Part shown: positions 10,109-19,768 of the stretch, piece after piece
Layout of the letters: each line of letters starts with the position of its first letter
How positions within the stretch are numbered: position 1 is the stretch's first letter
Source of the DNA: Candidatus Hydrogenedens sp.
Lineage (GTDB): Bacteria > Hydrogenedentota > Hydrogenedentia > Hydrogenedentales > Hydrogenedentaceae
Assembly: GCA_049968235.1 (NCBI GenBank)
Contig: JBMFRC010000001.1
Location: 128,001-192,000 of the forward strand
Reading direction: 5' to 3'
DNA: 64,000 nt
Notes under the pieces: generated by a model
What the model was told of the DNA's origin: nothing
Databases searched by the model: none
The model's input: the letters and a program-made list of their open reading frames with translations, nothing else
Position numbers and translations under genes: made by a program

Positions 10109-11364
10109 TCCAAAATACGGAATGGCTCTGGAGGTAGCCCTCCTTGATTTTGGACTGTTGTGGAATTATTGTTTGTTCGTTGCATATTTCGAGTTAAATT
10201 TTGTTGATTTGTTTTGTTGGTAGCAGGGTTTATGTTGGGGTTCAGTCCTGAGTTACTGACATCACCTAACTCCATAGGATTACGGAAGACATACGTTTCA
10301 ATTCGCACCATTCTTTTTTGATAAAGCCCATCACCATATATTCGAAAAGCATTGCTCTGGAGAGTAAAAATTTGTCCTGACATAACATAGCGTTGAGTGC
10401 GATTATCCGGTCTTTCGGCAGGTGTAATAACTGGTTTCCCTGCTTGTTGGGGAGTATTTCTTCTCTGTGTTGTCGGTGGTTTGGGTAAAATACCATAGGC
10501 ATCTAGTTGGCTTAAATCTGTAAACGGTTGTGTATGTGCATCATCAAAAATTCGCTGTCCTAAACCTAAATCTGCGGGATTTCCTGTATAACCACTGACA
10601 ATTGCTGCTATTACTTCAGGTTGGGCAGAATTAATGTTTACCCTACCCAGCCAATCTCCATGAACAGTAAAATATTCCGATAGAGGTAACTGATTCTTCT
10701 CCGGGTCACCAAAATATATTTCCGGTGTAATTCCTTTAATCAACAGCAATTCCTCGATTGAATCCATAGGACCATTCTTACATGAGTATGGATTTTCCAA
10801 TCCCATATAATAATCGTTCTCTGCTCCTTGAGGTCTTTCAGAATCGCCCTCATTGTAATCTAACCAGTCGAGAATAGAATCAACAATAATATCCGGACTG
10901 GCACCTTTTCCTGTATCACGTAAGGCAAAAAATTCTTTTAAAGCATTAACTAGAGGTGTCCGTTCTTGAGGTTCTCCTCCAGATTGTGGAACCAGTAAAG
11001 CATTCAAATTTATTTTCCCATATTCATCTGATATTGAAGCATGCATAAGAGCATTATTTAATGGCTCTGTTCCTGCACTCATATTAAAAGAAAGAAGGTC
11101 AAAATCGCTATCTATGGGTGGAGCACCACTCATCATGGTATTTAAATTATCCTCTGCAAGATATGCAATTGCTTTAGCCACTGCAGATTTCGCAGCCAGA
11201 TACGCTTCCAGGTCTCCCTGTTGACTATATGCTAAAGAAGCCTCAACTTCTGCCTCATATAAAAATTCAACTACAATAATGGACAGTAAAGCGATAAATA
11301 CTAATGCAAGAATAATGGCTACTCCTGTCCTTTTGCAAAGTTGAATTTTCGATTTTAATTTCAT
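10090..11364 (-). CDS. GspK-like minor pseudopilin
   Basis: 424 aa. N-terminus RTGVAIILALVFIALLSIIVVEF is a prepilin-like hydrophobic helix without Glu at +5, as in GspK. It is the largest pseudopilin and sits in the canonical position after GspJ. Confidence 0.6.
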   Translation of the reverse strand: MKLKSKIQLCKRTGVAIILALVFIALLSIIVVEFLYEAEVEASLAYSQQGDLEAYLAAKSAVAKAIAYLAEDNLNTMMSGAPPIDSDFDLLSFNMSAGTEPLNNALMHASISDEYGKINLNALLVPQSGGEPQERTPLVNALKEFFALRDTGKGASPDIIVDSILDWLDYNEGDSERPQGAENDYYMGLENPYSCKNGPMDSIEELLLIKGITPEIYFGDPEKNQLPLSEYFTVHGDWLGRVNINSAQPEVIAAIVSGYTGNPADLGLGQRIFDDAHTQPFTDLSQLDAYGILPKPPTTQRRNTPQQAGKPVITPAERPDNRTQRYVMSGQIFTLQSNAFRIYGDGLYQKRMVRIETYVFRNPMELGDVSNSGLNPNINPATNKTNQQNLTRNMQRTNNNSTTVQNQGGLPPEPFRILDWKVIK

Positions 11365-11372
11365 GGTAATTT

Positions 11373-12260
11373 TTACCTTCTATTTCTGAACTTATCGCGT
11401 GCAGTAGTATTCGGAGTTGCACCTTTGGTTTTATTGCTATCCATCTTAAACAGGGAACCGACATCCCGGAAATGATTGGGGTCATCCATAGGTTGGACTG
11501 TTCCTACTGTTGTAGGTAGAACAATCACAAGGTCTATATCTCCTTCCCCATTTGCAGAGGCGTTGTTGACATCTCCATATTCATCAAATAGGTTCGCAAT
11601 AATATGTACCGCCCATGGCATCTGTTGAACTGATAGCGAATCCCATTCTTCTACCCAATCCTGTTTAATGGGGTCATAATAATAGATGTCTAACGAAGCA
11701 AGCGGAACTTTTATTACATTTACAGGCAGAGAATTAATATCGCTCGAAAAGCCACCGGATTCTTCATCCAGAATAAGTGGTGATTCTGTAATAGTCAAAA
11801 ATTGGGGAGCGTTATTTGAAATACCATATATATCTGTGGCAAAGCCCGACAGACCTTCAGGTGGAGATGTATCCTCAAAAGAATAGGTAACTACCCTACG
11901 AATACCCGGTAAGGCAGTGGGTCCTGGCATCGGTAATGAAGTGCAAAAACGGATGGAATCCGCAGGTCCATACTGTCCTGATTCGTTTTTTCCTATAAAT
12001 TGATAACCCGAAGAGGAATAGGAAGAGTCGATATACAGGGCATTAAAAGAATTGAAAAAATGATTTACTAAGAATCGTTGTATCCTCATTTTTTCCGCCG
12101 ATAACCGTGCTAAATCAGTCCCTTTTGATATAGAATCCAACCCTAAATAAACAATGATTACGATAATAGACATTATGGTAAAAGCAATGAGCAACTCCAG
12201 AAGTGTGAAACCATTGGCTTTTTTAGGGTAAGGATATTTATTTTCTTTTTTAATCCACAT
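11373..12260 (-). CDS. GspJ-like minor pseudopilin
   Basis: N-terminus KANGFTLLELLIAFTIMSIIVIIV has the prepilin motif with Glu+5. Position between the GspI-like and GspK-like genes. Confidence 0.55.
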   Translation of the reverse strand: MWIKKENKYPYPKKANGFTLLELLIAFTIMSIIVIIVYLGLDSISKGTDLARLSAEKMRIQRFLVNHFFNSFNALYIDSSYSSSGYQFIGKNESGQYGPADSIRFCTSLPMPGPTALPGIRRVVTYSFEDTSPPEGLSGFATDIYGISNNAPQFLTITESPLILDEESGGFSSDINSLPVNVIKVPLASLDIYYYDPIKQDWVEEWDSLSVQQMPWAVHIIANLFDEYGDVNNASANGEGDIDLVIVLPTTVGTVQPMDDPNHFRDVGSLFKMDSNKTKGATPNTTARDKFRNRR

Positions 12261-12263
12261 AAA

Positions 12264-12827
12264 TTAATTTCCCAACAGGGAATTCCTTCTTGCAGAGAAG
12301 CCACTGGCAGGGGCTTTCATAGGGTTTGTAGTTCCTCCTCGATTGGTTTTATTGGTATCACCGGTTAAATCATTTGTTTGATTTTCCATAGTCAGGTCAT
12401 AACACAAAAAGGTCAAGTTTTTGCTTTCATTCTCCGGAGTGTATAAGGTTACATTTACAGAATATAAGAGAATAGATGGGTCAGAACCTATTGCAGTGGC
12501 AGAATAACTCCATGAGTAGCCTTCATAACTTGTTCCGAAATCGCCATTTCCTTCCAGTGTCCCCGTCAGCACTCCTATTTCTGCACGGGAGCAAGCCGCA
12601 TAAACCAATTGATTTTCATCTGTCTGATTTATAGTAATCTGGTGAAGTTTCATTGCATTAAAGTAGACATTAAACAGAATAAAAGCGGAACCTCCTAAGA
12701 TGGCTAATGCCGTCAAAATCTCCATCAGCGTGAAACCAACTTTTGTTTTTTTATCTTTTATAGCGAATAAAAATATTTTCATTGGGCTCCTTCCAGCACA
12801 TAAGCACCTGCGGAAACAGGGTCCCAT
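12264..12827 (-). CDS. GspI-like minor pseudopilin
   Basis: KTKVGFTLMEILTALAILGGSAFILF prepilin motif. The ORF-track start overlaps the upstream gene; the probable real start is the internal MKIFLF Met (about 12782). Confidence 0.5.
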   Translation of the reverse strand: MGPCFRRCLCAGRSPMKIFLFAIKDKKTKVGFTLMEILTALAILGGSAFILFNVYFNAMKLHQITINQTDENQLVYAACSRAEIGVLTGTLEGNGDFGTSYEGYSWSYSATAIGSDPSILLYSVNVTLYTPENESKNLTFLCYDLTMENQTNDLTGDTNKTNRGGTTNPMKAPASGFSARRNSLLGN

Positions 12828-13597
12828 ACAACGGTATAATAATCATTATTTGCGTTTCTTACATAAAAACCAATTGATTCTGTTAACCCGAGAGGTGTTA
12901 CAGGTATTTCTACAAGACCTCTGGAAAACTTATTTCCACCGATAAAAACGCTTTCAATCGTTATATTTTCGGACAAACGAACCGGAGATAGACCCGGTTC
13001 ATTGACTTCTTCTATTACTGGCTCTATATTAAATATATCCACATTATTCTTTTTATCAAAAAGAGGTCCTATCTCATCCATTAGGCTATCTTCATGTTTC
13101 ACATTTTTTGCTTGTTCTATTAATTTCCTTTTTGCCAATTTTTCAAATCGGTCATTAATCTGTCGGTTCATGGCTTCTGTATCAAAACCTCCTGGAGCAG
13201 GAGTGTTTCTCGTGTTTTTTGTAGTGCCTGTTCCCGTAGCAGAATTCATAAAAAGTTCTGCCATTTGTTCCGGGGACATGCCCTGCTCTTTCATACTTTC
13301 AAACAGCCCTAATTGGTCTTGTTCTCCCTCATTTGCCTCAGGATAAGTAACTTTTAAACAATAATATTTCTGTTGGTCTAAATCAATTTCTACATAGAAT
13401 TCATCTCCCAATAAAGCGGATGTTGACATTACTGCTCTACCGAAATATGCTAATCGCCTGGCTTCGCTTTCCAACTCCGAAGATAATGCAAGGGGAAGCA
13501 AATAAGGAACAGTAATAGTTGCCATTAAGGCAATAATAAAAATAACAATCCCCAATTCAAGCAATGTAAAGCCATCTTTTCCCCGTAAAGCAACCAT
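12779..13597 (-). CDS. GspH-like minor pseudopilin
   Basis: N-terminus MVALRGKDGFTLLELGIVIFIIALMATITVPYLL has the prepilin motif with Glu+5. It directly follows gspG. Confidence 0.5.
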   Translation of the reverse strand: MVALRGKDGFTLLELGIVIFIIALMATITVPYLLPLALSSELESEARRLAYFGRAVMSTSALLGDEFYVEIDLDQQKYYCLKVTYPEANEGEQDQLGLFESMKEQGMSPEQMAELFMNSATGTGTTKNTRNTPAPGGFDTEAMNRQINDRFEKLAKRKLIEQAKNVKHEDSLMDEIGPLFDKKNNVDIFNIEPVIEEVNEPGLSPVRLSENITIESVFIGGNKFSRGLVEIPVTPLGLTESIGFYVRNANNDYYTVVWDPVSAGAYVLEGAQ

Positions 13598-13642
13598 AAT
13601 TTTAATATTTATACCTCATGCAAAAAATAATATCCTGCGGAA

Positions 13643-14038
13643 TTAATCTTCGCTGGAAATGTCCGCATTGACTCCACTCCCCCCGGGACTTCCATCTCCA
13701 CCATAGGACATAATCTTATAAGAAGAGTTTCCTTCTTTTTGATAGACATATGCGTTACCCCACGGATCTAACGGAACTTTGGGTGGGTCAAGAAATGGAG
13801 CAATTTCTTCTAAAGTGTTCGGCAAACGTTTGTTTTTTATCCGATACATCTGGATGGCAGTCTTCATATTACTGATTTCTGCTTTTGCTTTTGCCTGGTC
13901 CGCATCATCCAACGCACCAAATACATAAATACCGACGGTCGTGGCAAGAATTGCAATAATGGCTATAACTACCATTAGTTCTACCAGTGTAAAGCCCAAT
14001 AAATTCTTTATTTTTTTCTTCGTTTTTTCTTGTGTCAT
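13643..14038 (-). CDS. gspG: type II secretion major pseudopilin GspG
   Basis: 131 aa. Prepilin motif LLGFTLVELMVVIAIIAILA with Glu+5. The GspG-signature C-terminal region includes DPWGNAYVY. Confidence 0.85.
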   Translation of the reverse strand: MTQEKTKKKIKNLLGFTLVELMVVIAIIAILATTVGIYVFGALDDADQAKAKAEISNMKTAIQMYRIKNKRLPNTLEEIAPFLDPPKVPLDPWGNAYVYQKEGNSSYKIMSYGGDGSPGGSGVNADISSED

Positions 14039-14041
14039 GTT

Positions 14042-15280
14042 TCATCCTCCAACATGTGTACTCATTTTTAGTATAGGCAATAAAATCGCCAGAACCAGAA
14101 ATCCGACGAAAATACCCATTACTACTATTATAACGGGTTCTATCAGTCCAACGATAGCATCAACGGTCAAACGAACATCTTCATCATAGGTATCTGCTAT
14201 CTGAATTAACATATTTTCCAGTTCACCACTTCGTTGCCCTAATTCAACCATATGAATCATCATAGATGGAAATATTCCGGAATCTTTCATAGGCTGAGCC
14301 AGGTCTCTACCTCTACGGACACCTGCTTTTATATCATCCAGATGCATTTGAATGAACCGATTATCCATAATACTATAAACAACATCCAGAGCAGGAAGCA
14401 TGGTTAAACCGCTTTGAAGCATTGTCCCCAATGTCCGTGAGAATCTTGCACAAAGTAATTTTTGAAGTAAAGTACCATAGAGCGGAATTTTAAATTTCCA
14501 TCGGTCCCATTTTTTTTTGCCTTCTTCGCGACTAACCCATATCCGCCATATTATTATCAGAAAAAATAAAAAGCCTATGAAGAATATGCCGTATTTCCCT
14601 AAAAAGGAGCTTACCCCTATAAGCACATCGGTAATGAAAGGTAGTTCTGATTGTTGTTTCTTAAAAATAGTCGTGATTCGAGGGACAATAACAGTCATCA
14701 TAAAAGTAATAACCGTAATAGCAAAAACGGTCATAAAAGCAGGGTAGGCAATGGATGATAGTATCTGTGCTTTTATCTTTGCCTGTCGGTCTAAAACATC
14801 TGCCAGACGATTTAATACCTGCTCTAATGTTCCACTGGCTTCTCCAGCACGAACCATATTTACATAAAGAGAACTAAAAATACGGGGATGCTCTGCCAGT
14901 GCGTCTGCGAGATTTTTCCCGGCATTTACTTTATCACGGACATCCAGTATTGCGGTTTTTAATCGTTGACGGGATGTTTGATTTATTAATGCATTCAGGG
15001 CTTCTACCAGAGGCATACCGGCACGGAGTAGCACTGCAAACTGTCGTGTCATTAAGGCTACGTCTCTTGTTGAAACACCGCCACCAAACAGGAAAAACTG
15101 CGATTTTCCTTTCCCTCCTTCTTTTAAACTAACACCATCTGTAACTTCTTTTAGTTCGGTGGGATAAAGGTCTAACTCCCGTAATTTCATTCGTGCTAAT
15201 GCAGGTGAATCCGCGTCAATTACGCCACGCGTTGTTTTTCCACTATCTTTTATTAGTGCTTTATATTGATAAACAGGCAT
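14042..15280 (-). CDS. gspF: type II secretion platform protein GspF
   Basis: 412 aa polytopic protein of the GspF/PilC family. Lies between gspE and gspG with a 4-nt spacing to gspG. Confidence 0.85.
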   Translation of the reverse strand: MPVYQYKALIKDSGKTTRGVIDADSPALARMKLRELDLYPTELKEVTDGVSLKEGGKGKSQFFLFGGGVSTRDVALMTRQFAVLLRAGMPLVEALNALINQTSRQRLKTAILDVRDKVNAGKNLADALAEHPRIFSSLYVNMVRAGEASGTLEQVLNRLADVLDRQAKIKAQILSSIAYPAFMTVFAITVITFMMTVIVPRITTIFKKQQSELPFITDVLIGVSSFLGKYGIFFIGFLFFLIIIWRIWVSREEGKKKWDRWKFKIPLYGTLLQKLLCARFSRTLGTMLQSGLTMLPALDVVYSIMDNRFIQMHLDDIKAGVRRGRDLAQPMKDSGIFPSMMIHMVELGQRSGELENMLIQIADTYDEDVRLTVDAIVGLIEPVIIVVMGIFVGFLVLAILLPILKMSTHVGG

Positions 15281-15327
15281 ATTTTCTCAAAATATTATAA
15301 AGGGGTGTTTTTTTTCTTGCTTTCTTT

Positions 15328-17067
15328 TTAATAGGTTTCTTCAAATACATCGTCTCTGGTTACCCGAAGGACTTCTTCCAATGTTGTTAATCCTTTCAAC
15401 ATTTTTTCTGCTCCGTCTTCACGGAGGGTACGCATTCCTTCTTTATGTGCTTCTCGTTTAATTACATTTGAGTCCGCTCCTTCAAGAACTAATTCTTGTA
15501 TCCTCGGACTCATCATTAATAGTTCAAATATTCCCGTTCTGCCATAATAACCCCGTTCCATACACTTTTGACATCCTTTACCTCGCCATAAAGTTTCTGC
15601 TCGTGGGTCGGGCTTTTTTATACCTAATTCTTCTAATGGATTTCGGTCAGGTTTATATGGTTCCTTACATTGGGTACAAATTTTACGCACCAATCGCTGG
15701 GCTTGAATTGCAATACAGGAAGAGGTAACAAGAAAAGGTTCAATTCCCATATTCGTAAGTCGGGTGATAGCACCTGCACTATCATTTGTATGTAATGTTG
15801 CAAAAACGAGATGTCCTGTTAAAGATGCTTGAACTGCCATTTCGGCTGTTTCTAAATCACGAATTTCACCTACAAGAATAATATCCGGGTCCTGTCTCAA
15901 AATACTTCTTAAACCTGCTGCAAAGGTCAATCCTATTTTGGGACGAACCTGTATCTGTCCAATCCCCGCAATTAAATATTCTATAGGGTCTTCTAAGGTA
16001 ATAATATTTTTGTCGGGAGAATTAACCCTCTGCAAGGAAGCATATAAAGTTGTAGATTTTCCAGAACCAGTAGGTCCTGTAACTAAAATAATTCCGTGGG
16101 AGACTGTAATAATGCGGTCAAACATCTTGTGGTCGCGTTCATCCATTCCCAAATCTTCCAGGCTGAACAGGAAATTCCCTTTTTCAAGGATACGTAAAAC
16201 CACGCGTTCACCAAAAGCGGTTGGGAGTATGGACACACGAATATCAATTTCTTTGCCACTTAACTTAATTTTTATACGTCCATCCTGTGGTAAACGATGC
16301 TCTGCAATATTGAGATTGGACATGATTTTAATACGCGAAATCACCGCTGCCTGCTGAGATTTGGGTATTGTAAATTTCTCATACAGAACGCCGTCAATAC
16401 GATAGCGGACACGGACTTCGCGTTCAAATGGCTCAATATGAATATCCGACGCCCTTTCTTTAACCGCTCCTGTAATAAGTAAGTTGATAAGTTTAATAAT
16501 CGGTGCTTCATTAGCAAGGTCCAGCAGGTCCTTTTCGGTCTCTGTTCCATCTAAGGTATGGATGGTTGTCGCACCGTCTTCTTCTGCCATTGCTATTGTA
16601 TCTATCATCTCAGCGGTATTTTGCGTTTGACTGTCAAAATAAGAATCTACAATTTTTTGTATATCTGATTTACGGCATAAAACGGGCTGAACTGAACCAC
16701 CGAGAAGTACCCGTAGGTCATCCAGAGGCAGGAGATTTATAGGGTCATTTAAGGCAACCAGATAACCGTTCCCGTTTTGTTTAAACGGAACCATAAAATA
16801 TTCGCGAATAAAATTTATTGGAACTTTCGTAATCAGGTTCATATCCACCTGTTGTGAAAGATTTAATTCCATTGGGATTCCAAACTGTTCGCTTAATGCT
16901 TCCAGAACATGTTCTTCTTCTACAAAACCGAGGTCCAGCAAAATCTCTCCTAACCGGCGCGGTTTAATCTTCTGGAGTTCTAAAGCCTCCGTTATTTGCT
17001 CCGGATGAACATATCCTTTTTGGAGTAAAATTTCTCCAAACTGCATTTCAGCGAGTAACTTATCCAT
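15328..17067 (-). CDS. gspE: type II secretion ATPase GspE with N-terminal MshEN domain
   Basis: Walker [15 protein letters not shown]; LHTNDSAGAITRL; tetracysteine CTQCKEPY...CQKC. N-terminal motifs MQFGEILLQKGYVHPEQITEALELQ and RRLGEILLDLGFVEEEHVLEALSEQ. The start codon overlaps the gspD stop (TAATG). Confidence 0.9.
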   Translation of the reverse strand: MDKLLAEMQFGEILLQKGYVHPEQITEALELQKIKPRRLGEILLDLGFVEEEHVLEALSEQFGIPMELNLSQQVDMNLITKVPINFIREYFMVPFKQNGNGYLVALNDPINLLPLDDLRVLLGGSVQPVLCRKSDIQKIVDSYFDSQTQNTAEMIDTIAMAEEDGATTIHTLDGTETEKDLLDLANEAPIIKLINLLITGAVKERASDIHIEPFEREVRVRYRIDGVLYEKFTIPKSQQAAVISRIKIMSNLNIAEHRLPQDGRIKIKLSGKEIDIRVSILPTAFGERVVLRILEKGNFLFSLEDLGMDERDHKMFDRIITVSHGIILVTGPTGSGKSTTLYASLQRVNSPDKNIITLEDPIEYLIAGIGQIQVRPKIGLTFAAGLRSILRQDPDIILVGEIRDLETAEMAVQASLTGHLVFATLHTNDSAGAITRLTNMGIEPFLVTSSCIAIQAQRLVRKICTQCKEPYKPDRNPLEELGIKKPDPRAETLWRGKGCQKCMERGYYGRTGIFELLMMSPRIQELVLEGADSNVIKREAHKEGMRTLREDGAEKMLKGLTTLEEVLRVTRDDVFEETY

Positions 17068-19724
17068 TATTTTCTATAAATTGTCCCACGGTTAAATTCT
17101 TCTTGTTCTACCTGTCCGGTTAACGCTTCTGTCCTATCTAAAGTAGGACGATAATTTTTTCGCATATCTGCCTTTGCCTTAACTTTTTTGAAAAACCCGC
17201 CCTTGAATAACTCTTGTATATTTACATCTTGATATTCTGTAACCTTATACTGTGTAACCCGCTCCATATCACTGGATTCTTTTACAATATGTGGTGTAAC
17301 CAGAACTACCATATTACGTTTTTCTCGCGATACGGATTTATTACGAAATAGGAAACCTAATAAAGGAATATCTCCCATAATTGGAACTTGTGTCCTATTC
17401 CGGTCTGCGGTATCTCTTATTAAACCGGCTAAAACTGCTGTTGAACCATCTTTTACAAGCACTTGATTTTTAAATAGAGATTTATTTGTTGTCGGACCTA
17501 AAATATTTACATCCCCTACAGATTGAGTACCTCCAGCCACTGCAGATACTTCTATCTCAATTTTCATCAAAACATTATCGCCCTCACTGATTTGAGGGGT
17601 TACCGTGAGTTTGATACCTACCTCATGTCGTTCTACACGAGTATAACCGCCCCATGTGCTTCCTATAACCTCTCCCGTCGTTGTGCGTTGAGGACTTGCT
17701 GTGCTTGTAATGAATGGGACTTCCTGACCTACGACTATGGATGCCTCTTCATTATCTACCGTAACCAAACTGGGTTGAGAAAGCACTTCTAAATCGGAAA
17801 CAGTCTCTATTGCTTGTAACAGGAGTGGGACAAAAGGAACCCGTAACCGCTGGGTCTTGCTGATTGGAATAACAATGTCGTCATATATCCCTGTTGTGAG
17901 ACCTCCTCCGGAACCTAAACTTAACGCTCCTAACATACGATTCAGTCGGCTCGGGCTGGTAATTTTATTCGCCGCATCTGCTGCAGGTTTTAAGGAATCT
18001 ACAATTTTTTGTATATTTTGTGTTCCTGTAACAGCAAATCCGGAATTTCCACTAATACTTGCGGAATCTACTTTGACCCCATAATCATTGTTCAATCGCA
18101 CGTCCATGACTACTGCATCAACAAGCACCTGTCTTTGGGGTACATCCAGACGGGCAATAAATGCTTCTAACACTTTATAATCCTGTGGGGAAGCAACAAC
18201 AAGCAGTGAATTGGTCTGGTCATATCTTGTAATTTGAACTCGCTGTTCAAACGGTTGCACATCTCCCGGAGCAGAAGACATGGTTGAAGGGGCTATTGTT
18301 CCACCAGCACCTGGCACCGCACCCCCTGGAGTTGTTCCGGCACCTGTAGGTCGTCTTGTTGAACCAGAACCACCAATGAGTGGTTGTAATGCCTGCTCTA
18401 CTTTCTCTGCATCGGCATTTAGTAGTTCATAAATATGCAAATTATTGGCTTCATAAGGAGTAGGACAGTCTAACCGTTTTATCAGGTCACGAACTTTTTC
18501 CATCATACCTTCAGTTGCAACAACGATTAACGCATTCAATCTCGTATCGGGAACCATACGAAGGACTTCCTGTCGCGAACCAATAATTTGCATGGACGGC
18601 GCACCTGGTACAGAACGTGTCGGAGGTCTTACCACAGGTTGTGGGGTCATAGGAGTTCCCGGAACTCTACCACCCGCAGTTGTGGTTTTCGTTTCGGATA
18701 AAACTTGTTCAATCTGTTGGGCTAAGGCTTCTGCACGGGTATATTCGAGCATAAATATTTCCATTTCCGTTTCATTTCCGGAAACATCTATTTCTTGTAG
18801 AAATGAAAATATGCGTTTTAGCCCATCTGCAGTGTCTGTAATAATCAATGTATTTGTAGGTGCGTAGGCAGAAATACGACATGATTTGGAACCCAATACC
18901 TGTAAAGCGGTAGATACTTCGGAGGCATCTGCATACTTTAAGGTAATAATATGAGTAGCAAATTTGTCATACCCTTCTGGAAGTTTTTCGGTTCCTCTGA
19001 TTAAGGGTGTTTTTTCAGAGGCAACAGCGTCGGGAGTTGCAATTATCTTGATTAATTTTCCATCTAGCGTCTCAACCATAGAGAAGCCTCGAGATGCCAG
19101 TATAGATTCAAGAACCTGATATGCCATTTCAGGGGGAATTTTATCATGAGTTATAACAGTAACAGTTGTCGCTCCAATGTTCGGGTCAACATCAAAGTTT
19201 CTGCCCGTTAAACGAGCAATTGCTGCTATAACATCATATAAAGGGGCATCGTGAAAATCGAAGGAAATCGGTTCGGAAGGAGTTTCACCTGTTTTGGGTC
19301 CTGTTTCTGCGGCAATACCGATAGGGGTCTTTCCCGATGTATCACCTCCCGGAGGAGTTTTCCTTGGTCCAGGAGGGAGGGGGGGGTGATTTCCTCTTCT
19401 CATTGTGGGGAAAGAAGGTATAGGTGGTCTTGAGGAACCTGGAGGGGAGACAGGTTCCGGCATTGTAATAGGAGGGCGAACTGCTTCTGGTGCGGTTTGA
19501 GGAGGCATTTCTGGAGGATTTTCTGGAACCGAAGGTGCATCCACAATCTGCGGTATTTCGATATTTGTCGGAGGAGCATCCTGCGGAACCTGCTCTACAT
19601 CCTGACCATAGCCAGAATATACAAACATATTAACAAACAGTAATAAAAAAATAATTATTCTTTTCCCAGAGAAAAAGAAACAGCGATTCTTATAGTTTGA
19701 TATAAACTCAATTGGATTTCGCAA
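17067..19724 (-). CDS. gspD: type II secretion outer-membrane secretin GspD with Pro-rich N-terminal extension
   Basis: Secretin C-domain motifs: VLVKDGSTAVLAGLIRDT, IPLLGFLFRNKS and VVLVTPHIV. Upstream N0 and N-domain repeats. Signal peptide followed by about 100 aa rich in Pro. Confidence 0.85.
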   Translation of the reverse strand: MRNPIEFISNYKNRCFFFSGKRIIIFLLLFVNMFVYSGYGQDVEQVPQDAPPTNIEIPQIVDAPSVPENPPEMPPQTAPEAVRPPITMPEPVSPPGSSRPPIPSFPTMRRGNHPPLPPGPRKTPPGGDTSGKTPIGIAAETGPKTGETPSEPISFDFHDAPLYDVIAAIARLTGRNFDVDPNIGATTVTVITHDKIPPEMAYQVLESILASRGFSMVETLDGKLIKIIATPDAVASEKTPLIRGTEKLPEGYDKFATHIITLKYADASEVSTALQVLGSKSCRISAYAPTNTLIITDTADGLKRIFSFLQEIDVSGNETEMEIFMLEYTRAEALAQQIEQVLSETKTTTAGGRVPGTPMTPQPVVRPPTRSVPGAPSMQIIGSRQEVLRMVPDTRLNALIVVATEGMMEKVRDLIKRLDCPTPYEANNLHIYELLNADAEKVEQALQPLIGGSGSTRRPTGAGTTPGGAVPGAGGTIAPSTMSSAPGDVQPFEQRVQITRYDQTNSLLVVASPQDYKVLEAFIARLDVPQRQVLVDAVVMDVRLNNDYGVKVDSASISGNSGFAVTGTQNIQKIVDSLKPAADAANKITSPSRLNRMLGALSLGSGGGLTTGIYDDIVIPISKTQRLRVPFVPLLLQAIETVSDLEVLSQPSLVTVDNEEASIVVGQEVPFITSTASPQRTTTGEVIGSTWGGYTRVERHEVGIKLTVTPQISEGDNVLMKIEIEVSAVAGGTQSVGDVNILGPTTNKSLFKNQVLVKDGSTAVLAGLIRDTADRNRTQVPIMGDIPLLGFLFRNKSVSREKRNMVVLVTPHIVKESSDMERVTQYKVTEYQDVNIQELFKGGFFKKVKAKADMRKNYRPTLDRTEALTGQVEQEEFNRGTIYRK

Positions 19725-19768
19725 GTTTCAACTCCTAATATATAAATATTTGTTGTTCATATCTATAA

